64,000 bases of DNA from Eremomyces bilateralis CBS 781.70 (lineage: Eukaryota). The position numbers were made by a program, and so were the translations under genes. Position 1 is the stretch's first letter; every line of letters begins with the position of its first letter. Below the pieces are notes generated by a model. That model made no database searches. It was not told where the DNA came from and saw nothing but the letters and a program-made list of their open reading frames with translations. Below, in pieces: positions 35,539 through 48,266 of the stretch. The stretch is from NCBI GenBank assembly GCA_010015585.1, contig ML975154.1; one strand, given 5' to 3'.

Positions 35539-38500
35539 ATGTCGCAAGGAATGGCTCTCAATCCAGCGCTATACGATACCTCAGATGGCAGCCAGAAAGA
35601 TGATGGACAGTATGAAGCGGTATCCTCTGCGTACAGTGCTGCACCGTTGAGAACCACCTCCTTTCGACCATGGAAACCTTTTTCGCTTCGTCCCCCGTTC
35701 TTAATTGGCACAATCGCCATTTGTTGCGCATTAATTGCTGCCCTTATAGTCCTTCACCTGCGCAGTATTCGCGATGATGGACTCCTTTTTGGAGTGGACA
35801 TCAATGACCTTCCATCGTCGAAAACATTTGGATACTTGATCCTGCCGACCATCATTTCGGTTCTGTTCAGTTTAATGTGGGCATGGATTGATTTGGATAC
35901 GAAACGGATCGAGCCGTTTTACCAACTTTCGACATCTGGGGGGGCTTCGGCGAAGAATTCTCTCCTCCTTCATTATCCAGTGGACTTCATGGCCTCGGTG
36001 CCAATAAATGCCATCAAGAACAAACATTCCATGATATTCTGTGCCTCTCTGGCAATTGTTCTGGTTTTCTGGGGTCTCACTCCGACGCAGGCAGGCATAT
36101 TCTCCGTGGAAACGATCAACAAGACTTTGTCCGTTCCTATTCTATCCTCCACGTCCTATGTTCCTATTCCTGAGCAGAAAGAGCTGCTGTTGATGGAGGA
36201 GGTGTATTCGGCGGCAAATATACTATGGTGGAATGAAACTCTCCCCGAATTCACCACACGCGACTATGCCCTCGCCCCTTTTGCGGTGGAACAGCCACTC
36301 TCAACCGTGGAAGATACCGACACATTGACCGGGGAAACTCGCCTTTTCAGCCTCGACATTTTTTGCGAGCAGGCAGTGGTCTCCGGGATCAACATCACGA
36401 ATGGCGATTCGGATGGCCGGCTTACTAGTTCCTGGGGATGCGACTTTCAAAGGTTGTATCCACTCGGTCCGGGAATGAATGTAAACGAAACAGACAAGAT
36501 ATATTCTATGTTTTATGTTGGGTTCTTTAGCCCCGAGGGGTTTTCCGATTATTATTTGTCGCCCTATTGTCCGAAAAATGAGTCCAGTACATTTTTGACC
36601 ATGTCAGCAAAGATCAAGGTACCCAAGGCGCAATACGAGAATTTCACCAATGCAGAGAAGCTCCAGAATGCCGATACGACTACACTCTACTGCCGACCTT
36701 CTTATTTTACCCAACGCGTGGAAGCCACAATATCTCTCTCTGATAGGAGAGTCATTTCCAGCAACCCTCTCGGACCAAAAGAGCCTTTTCCGGCAGAGAT
36801 GTTCAATACTACCGACTTCGAAACAAGCATGAACCAAGGGACAGAGGCAGCATCGGCTGGCAGGAGTAACTTCCCTACCAACTCGTGGCCTGGACAAAAG
36901 ACCAAACTCGCCAACACACTTTTCGATTCCTACTATACGCCGCGTTTGGTACCCTTCGCTCTCGGGGCCACCATGCTGCCAGAAGACGATTATATGGTGC
37001 CCGAGGTCTTACGTAAGTCTTTCGAGTCCGCTTACCGAGTGCTGTTTGCGCGCCGCTTGGCTAGCATACTCAAGGACGACCTCGATCCCGCAACTCGAGG
37101 AACGGGCACAAGAACTTACGGTGTTCAAGCCATTGTAACGGTGCCGGCGTTTATTGGCATCGTCGTTGGTGTCTTGGGCGTTATCTGCATCCTCTCATGC
37201 TGTTTACTCTATATGTCTTTGACACGACATCTGAAGCTCGAGAGAGATCCGTCGACGATATCTGCACTGATGGATATGGTGGCCGGCCAAGACGCCGCAC
37301 TGGCGGCCTTCAAGGATTTGGACACTGTCCCCGTCAAGAACTTGGAAACCGCGGTGGAGGATAAAAAATTCCATATTGCATACGATCCAACAAGCGCAGG
37401 GCTGAAATTGTCAACGGAAGACGAAGGCTGGAGAGGGACGGAAACGTTGCTTCCTGGCAGTCAAGCGCACGGTCGCGGGGAGTGGAAAAAAGTACTACCA
37501 AAAGAGCTCACCTTAGTTGCCGGGACGATATTCTTCATTTTCCAAATTGCCGCGTTCGGTGTCATCCTGGGCATTTATCTGTGGTCTATCTCCGCGAATG
37601 GTGAGTCCCAACATCACTGTTCACACACATCTTTGCGTTGGGGTTCCGAATGGGGAACACTATTTCCGGCTCCCTTGCACTTTGATGCTCCTCCAGTCGC
37701 CTACTTGCAGTTATCCAAAATGTCGTGGACTGTTGAATTAATCATTGAACTTTTCTGCCGTGGTTGGGGATGGGTAACTCGCAGGCGGAGATTGTTTCAA
37801 TTCTCCTTGCCGTCGATCCTCTACACTTCGATGCCCACCCCTTACGCGCTTCGGTCCCATTTTCGCTTTCATTACTCTTTATTGGAATGGGATTGACACG
37901 GCCACTAACTTGTCTAGGCCTACCTCTTCCTTCCGAAAACCAGTTTGTCCGCCAGTTTGTCACCAACTACCTTCCAACAGCTTTAGGAGCACTAATCGAA
38001 CCGGCCTGGCTGGTGCTCAACCGATTGCTCTGCATGCTGCAGTCATTCGAGGACATGCGGAAAGGATATGCAGAAGCAAAGTCATCCATCAAGGCCGACT
38101 ACAACTCTTACCCACCACAATTTTCCATTCTGAGATCGATTCGGAACAGACACTTCTTGTTATCTGCAGTCTGTGTCATGACCCTCCTGGCTAACGTACT
38201 CCCTGTCGCCCTCTCCAGTCTGTTCTACGAGCAGACGGTGCCTGTTCCCGCTGGTTCCACTTTCGTTCAGCCTTTCACATCAAATTTCAAAGCCTTGAAT
38301 GGAACGGGACAGGAATTCAATTTCATTCCACAGTATATGGGACAGGGGAGTACGACTCAAGATGCATTCTATGTGGCAATGTCGAATATCACAGCGAAGA
38401 CTCCGCTGCCACCATGGGCAGACGAAGCATACACATACATTCCGTTCGAGGGCCCCTCTGTAGAGACCAATATGTCATTCACGCATCGTGCAAAAACGAC

Positions 38501-39779
38501 ATATTTCGGAAGCAAGCTCGATTGTGCGCCAGTCGAGAAATCCGGGCCAACATCATACCAGGCTTCGCTTGATCGATCAAGATTCTCCAACCCCACTGCC
38601 GCACCCATGTTCCAGTTTGCGCTGAACGTAACATTCACACAAAATGTACAAGAGCCGGTGACATGCGTGGCAAACATTAGTACCAACGTCGCCAAATCGA
38701 ATGGACCGTCCGCCCTCGAGTTTACAGCCCCTTTGTTTGGAGGCCCGGATGCATCAGACGAGGTCTCCCGGCTCTGCGAATCCCGTTTCCTCGCAGGATG
38801 GCTCCGGGCAAACGTCGCTGAGGGCGAGAAAGCCAAACCTCGAGACCCTCCGCCCTTTTCCGTCACTGACAGGAAAGAGCTTATCATGGCATGTGTGCCT
38901 ACAATTGTCACTGGTGAGGCTGACGTCGAGGTTGATACGACGGGACGAGTGCTTCGTAGACATTCCGTCCAGCTATCCTCGGATATAGCGTCTCATTTCA
39001 CCACGACACCGCTGGATCTCATACAGCAGGCGAACCAGTTTATTGTTGGCAACGGAGACATGGTATATTCTCCGGGTGAAGAAACAAGACGGGCCGCCGC
39101 CGCTGTTTGGCACAATGACACGTTCCCTTCCGATTTCACGAATTACCTGATGACGCGCACTCTCAACAATAGTGCGTTCCTCGATCCTGCTACGCCTCCT
39201 CCCACATATGCGGACATCAGCAACCCTTTCACATCCCTCTACTCAACCTTATTCGCGATTCTTGTTGCTATTAACCAAGACCTTTTGCTCGTTCCTGCCT
39301 CTTCAACACCCGCTCAATCGCTTCCCGTTGTCGCGGGACTGACCAACCGACCCGAGCGTCGACTTTTCCTTCATCGCTCTATGGTCGCCCTCGCTCTCGT
39401 CATCCTCGCCGTGTACGCATTCACCACCGTTCTGGTGTACCTTAAGGCCAAACAGAAGTGGGGGTTCCTCCCACGTTTGCCGACAAGCATTGCGAGCATC
39501 TTAGCCTACGTGGCTGCAAGCACCGCCGTCAAAGCCAAAACGGGCATTCAAATGGCCCCGAGGCCGCGGGGTGAGAGGTATGGATTGGGAAGGTTTACCG
39601 GAAGCGATAACCGGCCGCATTGGGGAATTGAGACGGCCGACCGTATTGAACTGGACGCAGTGGATACTGAGATTTTGGGGATGAAGCGGAGAGCAACGAC
39701 ATGGAATGATTGGACTCGGCGAGGAAAATTGGCAACAGGGGAGTCGGAGATACGTTTGCACGAGATGGGGACCACGTAG
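35539..39779 (+). CDS. Large integral membrane protein with two DUF3433-like modules (~1307 aa)
   Basis: Exons 35539-37600 and 37918-39779 (317-nt phase-1 intron GTGAGT..CTAAC..TAG). Repeated module LPTIISVLFSLMWAWIDLDTKRIEPFYQLS...AKNSLLLHY and LPTALGALIEPAWLVLNRLLCMLQSFEDM...AKSSIKADY; DPSTIS / LPTSIAS motifs. Confidence 0.88.
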
Positions 39780-42700
39780 TCAGGTTGGAAGCAAATTTTG
39801 GCAAGGACTTGGAACGGGGCGATGGAGCAATATAGATAGAAATTTTGAAATCGACGGTCCTAAAATATTTCTGTCTCTAGGCTGCACATAGATCGCACAA
39901 TATATGTTGATAATTGTCAATAGTGGATAATCTTGTCGAACCGTGAATGATGGAAAGATAGTCCTTAGATACTAGAGATATCGAGCTACTTTAATTTATT
40001 CCCTACGGCGTCAAACCATTCGTGAAAGGTGCTCGCCATCGGCTCCTTTGGTTCCAGTGTGACTGTCTCTGGCTTGAACGACATCGACCATTCGGAGGAT
40101 ATGGACTGTTGCTCAAGTCCTAAGGAGGAGAGGTCAAACATATCATGCAACCAGTCCATGGAAATAGCAAGAGTCGCAAGCAGGATTCTACATGCCATTG
40201 CTGTTATTGACTGAAGGACCCCTTGGTTGAGGTCCATTGTTAATGAAGGCGATATACGTAGTCTATTCTTCAGTGCCCACGTCCTTTCGGTCATTCCGAA
40301 GGGTCATAACCGGTAGGGGTATATCAGAGTCTACCACGTCCTGGGTATTGAGGCGGAAACTATGAAGGATTTGCCACCTGAACGAGTGACGATGATTGAG
40401 CTCTATTAACTAGACTGTTCTTTGTCTAGACGATTGATAGCTTCGTGGCGATAACTAAGCTACAGGTAGTCTGCGCTAGAAAAGAAGAGATGGGATATTC
40501 GATAAAGATGTAGAGAGATCTTACCGGACTGGAGGAGCAGCAAACTGGTGAATGAAGGATTCGGGGGGGGGAAACATTCATGATAGGTTATTCGAGGAAG
40601 AATCGAGGCTGGCACTCTGAATAGTTGAGCAGTCTGAAGCCATCCCGGAAGCTGGAGGTTTGCCCCTGAGCGATCAGCATGCACACTCACGGACGCAGGC
40701 TAGGGAAACAACTAGAATCCATCATCGTGACACCCAATACATGAACAGAGGTCGAGCCTAAAATACCTACCACAAATACGCAACTGACAGCGTGCATCCT
40801 GCTTCCTCATCGAGACGCCGCCACGCGATCAACGAAAGTAGTATCTTGCAGATCGATTGGTGTAACTTAGAGATCACAGATTGCGATTTATGCCCCTTTA
40901 ATGTCCGATCCCACGCAGGAAGAGCTGGAAGACACATCACATAGGATTATGTTTGCTTTGAGACATTGGATAATGCGACGATAAAAGAAAGACACTCTGA
41001 TTTGGGCAACGATATTCTTTGATGATGGGGAATGATATTGCAAGGGTGGTTTGCCTCCCCATCTTACTATGTTCTGATGCTCAGTGCTTCTCATCACCTC
41101 AACCGAATCGTTCGACATCCGCGGTTTAGGTAACCGGATCACGGTCCCTGGCCCGCTGCACGGACAGATTACCTGGGACATTGGACAATGTCACAATGGG
41201 GCAAATGCGGAGTAAAGTCCCGGGCGGGTGGAAGGACCGCCCACACATGGCAGTTTAGCATACTTTAGGTAGTGGAGCGTGAAAGAATTTTGCGAGCTGG
41301 AAAGTGCAAAGTGGCGATGAAACAACGAGGCTTTTGGGGCTTGGGCACTGGCCTCTTCCCAGGTGATCCTTGCGGAAGCACCCGTCTGCTCGGAGATTGA
41401 GGTGTGGTCGCAATTTTGCGATCGACGTCTCACGTTCTTAGCGACTACGACTTAAGAGGTAAGAGGTGGGAAACTGCGGAGAAGCCCAAGGTCGAGGCCC
41501 ACGGGCCTCACGACTTGACAAGATTGATGAATTAGAGATCTGACTTCTGACTGAGAGAGGAAGGACGATGTGATGAAAGCGTTTTGGCGACAACTTGCTT
41601 TTCGGGATCCACTTAGGGCGGTTACGGGGTACGCCACCAAGCAGGCCACAGAGCGTGAGTTGGAGACGAATAAGATGATGACCTTGAGAATGGATTCGCG
41701 CTGTGGTAGCCACTGGAAGGACGCCTCTGTAGCAGAAATGTAAATGGCAAATGACAATAGAAAATTAGGGATTGATTGCAGCTGAACAAGAACCCTACGT
41801 TCCACATCTCATTTAACAACCTCATGCATTTCTGCCTACAAGTGGCAACCTTTATAGACTCTATTTCAGTCTCATCCAAGTCACGGCAAGGAGGGCACGC
41901 AAAGGAGGGCACGAAGACACGAGTTGATCAGGCCAGAACCAAGGCCAATGGAAGTGAGCCCAGCATCCTGCCACGATGGTTCAGCCGAACTCCGGTTCCT
42001 GAATCTAATTCTCTCGGCTTTTTCTTGTGAACGTGAGCAAGACAGGGACACCGCCGCGTCGCAGGCATTAATACATGGACAGGCGTTGAAGCGACCAGGC
42101 GGACTGGTGTGTTTCATGGAAAGACTTGCCTCGGGCTCGCAGCCAACCAGGAGGTCGCGATGGCGAAGGGCCTTTGCACAACGAGTGCGGGGTGGACATG
42201 GGACGCGCTGGGTGAGAGATCCTCAATCCAATCGTTCATCCACGTTGGCGTATTCTCTGAACTGTGATGCCGATAAACTTGCCATGTTGCATCGCGGTTT
42301 ACGCAATCCACGTTTCTTGTTTGGCGACATGCAGGCGGGTAGGAATCTGGTGACTGTTGGCAAAAGTATCGTATTTTTGCTTCTGGAGATCCTGCACCCT
42401 GCCAAAGTGCCAATGAGCATCGTATGCTACTGTACAATGTCGTATTTCTCCAATTCTCTCGCATCCAAGCGCACAGCAAAGGCGGACATGGCCTGGCCCC
42501 CGATTTTGCGCAGCTTCTGTCGCTCAACCCGGCGGGAGCTCCGTGTTCCTGCGCCCCAGTGTGGCGACGGGCGAAGAAGTGTAGGAGTAGCTTGTCGATG
42601 GAGCTACTGCATCGCGAGGAGCCCAAATCCGCGCATGATTGGATGCAGGAACTTCATGGCAGGGGCATGAGGCTGAAGAGGAGAGGGATACAAATCCTAT

Positions 42701-45138
42701 CAGCTATCGATAGCTGCCCGTACCTGCGTCCGCCCCGTGGTGCCAGATAGGCTGCAGGTTTTGACTTTTCGACCTATCAATTTGACGGCATCCCAACGTG
42801 TTTGCCTTTTTCTGCTTGCACAAGATTCTTGGACGTGATCGACTAAAAATCGCCGGGCCAGTCAGGACAAGATGCTGGGGTGGTATCCAGGAGAGGGAGA
42901 AAAGAAAAGTCACCATCTTCCCCGCGCGCTGAATCATTCAGGATACCCCCTTGGAACGATTCAACATGGCGATGAAAGGTCGCCGTTTGGAAACAGTTCC
43001 TGTCCGTTGAGTTGTTGAGTTGGCGGTCCCTTAACCAATCCGTAAGGGGTATGACATTGAACTCAGAACACTGACTGTTCACTTGCGAGTCCTTTCCATC
43101 ATGCCCTGATATTGACAAACCTGGATGCTTCCTTGGTTCCCTGGCACTCCGCCCCTCGCCCTTCCCGAAGTTCCTGACATCCACTGCACAAACCAAGACT
43201 CTGTGGCATGTATCTATCCGGATCCGGTAGAGCTGATCTGGGTGGCTTTTGCCGTCGTGATATCGTATCCAAACACCGTTATCGCCCCAGGCTGAATGAC
43301 GAGCGACACGATGCCCGAGGAATGGTGGTGTAGGATCGGCATGATTCCACTCATTCCTCTCAGGATAGCGATGTACATCGGTATCTACGGTCGCTATTTC
43401 ATGGAATGCATTTCCTAATTCCTCCCGTCACACATCTGGCGCTTGTGTTGCGCGTGAGTGGAGGAGAGTACTTCCGGCATATGACCAGTCAGAAGAAAAT
43501 CTAGATATGGAGACCTTCCCAGCGTTCTTGGGACCAGTTGCGCAGCTGCAGAGGAAACGGGGAGTAAGGACGTTGAGTGGGTTCATGGCTTCATGCAGGT
43601 GCAGAAGCCTGGCTGCTTCGAAACGGGCTATCCTATGGCATGACTGACAACTAAACCATAAGATCCAATCGGATAGGCGAGAGATACTTGCCTTTAGGTG
43701 GTGCTTTGTTCTTTCGTTTGTTCCTTGTGTCTCAGCCTCTTAAGCCATCAAGGGATAGGAAGGATGGGGACTTGGGGAGAGAGTCAGCGTCACGGAGAGC
43801 CGGGAGCCCAGTCCTTCTGTCTTGCAGATCGTACTCCAGTCTGGTTTACGGGCGGTATGGCCGGACAGGCTGTCAAATGGGCCGCAGCTGGGGGGTAGAA
43901 TGCCCGTAGAAAAGGCGCAGATTCTGCAGTCTAAGCGGCCCCCCTGGCGGGTGACCCTTGAACGACAAGAGACATGGTTATGTGGTCCCCCTGTGACACT
44001 CCTCATTTCACAAATTATAAGGTGAATGGGATCCCGTCGAACCGTCCCCCTTTCCTCCCCTCTCCTTCATCGATCATTTTTTATCAAGAGTCTGTTGGAT
44101 TTTGGAAGATTTGTGCTAGCACGGTCCCTCCCTTTTGCTCATTCACTTGTTTTTGTCGTTCGCGCAACGCTTGCGTTCGCATTCACTGTAGCTCGCTTGA
44201 CGCAGCAACAGCAATCACTCTTTCAAGTCCAAGCCCGAATATCCCCCAATCTCACCGAATTGCGCGTTTAAGGCATCATTCTTTTGCAGCCTAAGGCCAA
44301 TTCTACACTTTCCCTTTTCAGCACCAACATTATCAACATCTCACGCTCTTTCTGTCCAATCACCGACCGATCGCAACAACATCTACGCCCCAAATCCATA
44401 GGGTTATCAACTCTGTGACAACAACGTTCGAATAACTCGCGTTAAGTAAGTAGTTATTCATTTTCTTCATTTCCTGTCATTATGAATGTATTGAGGGCGC
44501 CATCGGAGTGCAGCATCTTGCTTTTCTACCAAATTCTTGAGTGTTAGACAGGTTTTGTTGTGACGGTATCCTGCTTGGGAGTTGTGGCGCACTAGTCCCC
44601 TGACCACAGCAATGAGTGTCAGTACGAAATCAATTCAGATCACTCTGTCAGCTGGAGAGTTTAACGTTAGAAGCGGCCCTCTCTATCTTGAGCTCTATCT
44701 TGAGAATTGGCAGGATTTGGGAGTCTTGGACTTGATATACGATCCGGGATCTTTGGCGTCACTATCCCCTTTCCTTTGATATGTCGATCATTTCTATCAA
44801 TCATCCGTGCAAAATGGTCACCTCATCACCACTGGTGTTGAATATTCGAGATATGTTGTGTTGGGATTCGGTGTTTTGTCTCAGGTTTTTGCGACTCCAG
44901 GACAATGGACAAAAATATCTCCAACCGAGCCTCGAACATGGACCTCTGGAATATTGACTGTGTTCATATCTCCTTCACATGCAAACAAGATCCCCTAGCT
45001 CTTCTCTTTACAAACAGCTTCAAAACAGTCTTTTGGAAAGAGTATCTAACAAGGTTTCACCTCTAGAATTCGACTTTCGCCTTCATCGCCAGCCGGACTT
45101 GCGATAACCACCGACAACGTCGACAGTCTTCATTGAAC

Positions 45139-46350
45139 ATGTCGTCCTCAATCCTCCTCGCTGCTACCGCAGCGCTCTCCCTCTTCAGCTCGGCCTCCGC
45201 GCATTTCCAAATCCAAAAACCAGTTCCCATCACTGGCTCCGCTCCGAAAGATCCCCTCAATCCCAGTGGATCCGATTTCCCGTGTCACGGTGCTGATCTC
45301 TCCAACATCGGCTCGCGAACTAGCATGGCTGTTGGTTCCTCGCAAAATCTCGAGTTCAACCTCGGTGATGGTGCCAATACTGCCGTCCATGGTGGCGGTT
45401 CGTGCCAGCTCAGTGTGACTTACGAGACGGATCAGGCGAAGCTCAAGGACCCCGCTTCCTGGAAGGTCATCTACTCCATCGTTGAGGGGTGCCCGACCAA
45501 CTACTGGTGGAATCTCGACACCGCAGAGAAGTGCACTCCCGGCTCCGACAACGTCAAGTGTGTCAACACATTCGACTTCACCGTTCCGGAGGAGGTGAAG
45601 GATGGCGACGCAATCTTCGCCTGGACCTGGTTCAACAGCCTCGGCAACCGCGAAATGTACATGAACTGCGCCGCCGTGTCCATCTCCGGCGGGAAAGACA
45701 AGCTCGACGAGCTGCCATCCCTGTTCGTCGCCAACATCGGGTCGGTTTCCGGATCGTGCGAGACCGAGCAACTCAAGAACGTCGAATTCCCCGACCCGGG
45801 CAAGTACGTCACAACAAAGAAGCCCGCCGGCCCCGTTCAGTCCCAGTTCCCCAATGCGGTCCCTGCTGGCTGCGGTGCCGCCAAGGCTCCCGCTGGCTAT
45901 GGTTCTCCCGAGCCAACTACCACTCCCGCGCCCGCCAACCCCGGTGGTGTCTTCGCTCCTGCTGCCTCCCCCAACAGCCCCTCTGCTGATCAGGCGGCGC
46001 CGACCCCAACTGCTGCTCCCGTCGTTGCCCAGCCTGCGCCCCAGCAAGCCCAGCAATCGGCTCCCGCTAGCTCTGCTCCCGCCACTCCTGCTGCCCCAGC
46101 CACTCCTGCCGCTCCTGCCGCCGATGCTTCGCAAGGTTCGTGCGTCACGGGCCAGGTCGAGTGCTCGGACACCGGATTCTACTGCATCGACGACGCAACC
46201 TTCGGGCAATGTGCCTGGGGATGCGCGACGCCGATGAAAGTGTCGGAGGGCACCAAGTGCGAGGCGAACGCGGTTACCTGGGCCACGAAGGCCAAGAAGA
46301 GCGTCAGGATCCCTCCGCAAGGCAGGAGATTGCTCTCGATCTTCGGCTAA
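45139..46350 (+). CDS. Secreted lytic polysaccharide monooxygenase, AA11-like, with C-terminal Cys-rich (X278-like) module
   Basis: Signal peptide ending ASA followed by His1; DFPC, AVHGGGSCQLS, FAWTWFN..GNREMYMNCA, LPSLFVANI, FPDPG; Pro/Ala linker; CxxGxxxC..YCID..FGQC..GC..GTKC. Confidence 0.9.
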   Translation: MSSSILLAATAALSLFSSASAHFQIQKPVPITGSAPKDPLNPSGSDFPCHGADLSNIGSRTSMAVGSSQNLEFNLGDGANTAVHGGGSCQLSVTYETDQAKLKDPASWKVIYSIVEGCPTNYWWNLDTAEKCTPGSDNVKCVNTFDFTVPEEVKDGDAIFAWTWFNSLGNREMYMNCAAVSISGGKDKLDELPSLFVANIGSVSGSCETEQLKNVEFPDPGKYVTTKKPAGPVQSQFPNAVPAGCGAAKAPAGYGSPEPTTTPAPANPGGVFAPAASPNSPSADQAAPTPTAAPVVAQPAPQQAQQSAPASSAPATPAAPATPAAPAADASQGSCVTGQVECSDTGFYCIDDATFGQCAWGCATPMKVSEGTKCEANAVTWATKAKKSVRIPPQGRRLLSIFG

Positions 46351-47204
46351 TCAACCCAACTTTCTCACGGTTTCGCTGGTCGGAGTTTTGAGTAAACGGA
46401 TGTTTGGTTAGGGCCTGGGATCGGTGTGAGAGATTATCTCTACTGGTATGTTCTTCTAAATAAAATTAGTATTCTCCCAATTTCTTGTGCTAACTTTGTT
46501 TCTCATAGTGTGTGTGCATCATGGCGTTCAAGCGAAACTGCGAGAGGTGGCGGGGTTCTTTCCCTTCACGATTTCTTGTCAAAACCTTTTCGGGGTAGCT
46601 CTGCATAGCTTTGCACTGGGTTTGGAGCGAACACTTCTCTTCTTCGTCGATTCTTTTCCATGGTGATTTCGAGGAAGTGGACAACGGACATTGGGCATGA
46701 CGGATACTCGTATCTCGAATTCCACCAGGTCAGCCAGGATATGGCACCAGGAATGTACATACAAAAGGATCAAGCAGTCAATACAGTTGATACCTGGAGC
46801 CACCGGGGTGTGGGCTCGCTGTTCTTAAAAAGCAAACCAAGCCGACAATTCAGTTAAATAAGAACATAACTTGTGCTATTTACTGAACGTGAACATGACT
46901 AGTGTGAGTTGTGACTGCATGAACGTATGACGATGACCTACGGTGATGAAGACTTCGTTGTTGATTCAGCAGTACACGTAGTATGAATGTGTGGGCCACG
47001 TGATGGTCTCAGGGTCTGGCAGGGGAACTGGGAAAGGTACGTACCTGCCTAATGCCGGAGAGGCCCGCCCGGTGATCCTCGGCATTCGTCGTTGAGAATG
47101 GAGATATCAACAATCCATCCATTTAATCCTCACATTGCAGTAATGTAGAATTTGACTTCCTCAACTGTCCTTTCGACCTAAATTTCAACTCCCCGCCGCC
47201 CACC

Positions 47205-48029
47205 ATGCTCATCCTCGGCCTGACTGGCTCCATCGCGACCGGCAAATCCACCGTCTCCAACATCCTCCGCTCCGCACCCTACAACCTCCCCATCATTGAC
47301 GCCGACGTCCTCGCCCGCCAGGTCGTCGAGCCCGGCACCTCCGGATACAATCAAATCCTCGCATACTTCGGGCCCACGACCCCCGATCTCCTGCTCCCCG
47401 GCTCCGAATCCGGTGGCCCCAATGGCCCCGATGGGAAAGGCCGCCCGCTGAACCGCCCCGCGCTGGGTCGACGGGTGTTCGGGAACGAGCCGGACAAGGT
47501 GCGCGACCGGAAGAAGCTGGGGCAGATCATCCATCCGGCGGTGCAGCGGGAGATGTGGAAAGCGTTATTATACTATTATCTGACGGGGCGTTGGTGCGTG
47601 GTAGTGGACGTGCCGCTGCTGTTTGAGGGGGGCATGGACGCGATTTGTGGGTCGGTGATGGTGGTCGCAGTGAAGGATCCGGCGGTGCAAATGCAGAGGT
47701 TGATGGATCGAGACTCGTTTTTGACGGAGGAGGATGCGAAGAATCGGGTGATGAGTCAGGGGGACGTGAGGGAGAAGGCGAAGAGGTGTGAGGCTCGGGG
47801 GAAGGGGAGAGGGGTGGTGGTGTGGAATGATGGAGGTATAGAGGATTTGAAGAGTGAGATAGCTCGAGCAATGACAGAGGTACAGAGTGGGAGCCCGAAA
47901 TGGTGGGCTTGGCTACTCCTGCTTTGTCCTCCCATGGGGGTTGGGGCGGGGTTGTACACGTATTTACGGACTTGGATCATTAGAAGGGAGTATTTAAAAG
48001 CGCAGGCGAAGGAGACGGCAAAGTTATGA
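47205..48029 (+). CDS. CAB5: Dephospho-CoA kinase (CoaE/Cab5)
   Basis: ILGLTGSIATGKSTVS P-loop, IIDADVLARQVVEPG, LNRPALGRRVF, IIHPAV, VVDVPLLFE, QMQRLMDRD; C-terminal hydrophobic segment; ends AKL. Confidence 0.95.
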   Translation: MLILGLTGSIATGKSTVSNILRSAPYNLPIIDADVLARQVVEPGTSGYNQILAYFGPTTPDLLLPGSESGGPNGPDGKGRPLNRPALGRRVFGNEPDKVRDRKKLGQIIHPAVQREMWKALLYYYLTGRWCVVVDVPLLFEGGMDAICGSVMVVAVKDPAVQMQRLMDRDSFLTEEDAKNRVMSQGDVREKAKRCEARGKGRGVVVWNDGGIEDLKSEIARAMTEVQSGSPKWWAWLLLLCPPMGVGAGLYTYLRTWIIRREYLKAQAKETAKL

Positions 48030-48266
48030 TAGATGCCCTGTGATGGCTCTATCATAAGGGCAAGGAGTTGAAGCAAAGTATCCGATTCATTTTAGTTACC
48101 GTACGGTACACAACCCAGAACCCCAGTATTCAGCATGGGAAAGCTGCCGCTTGAGACATCACCAACTGTCAAGTCATTCGCAATGATTTCCTACGTCCCC
48201 TTTGAAACATGGCCGTTGGCCGTTGGCCGTTATTGCCAACATATTGAGGCGTAGTTTGAGGCCCTT

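Noticed and set aside
37601..37917. Apparent overlap of the 785-aa and 671-aa ORFs suggesting two genes or a frameshift
   Set aside because: Resolved by a canonical phase-1 intron joining them into one gene.
41924..42670. 248-aa ORF in the 40-44 kb intergenic region
   Set aside because: Non-ATG start, no codon bias or motifs, random-looking composition.
45148..46320. 390-aa antisense ORF over the LPMO
   Set aside because: Shadow of strong GC3 codon bias on the real strand; no recognisable motifs.
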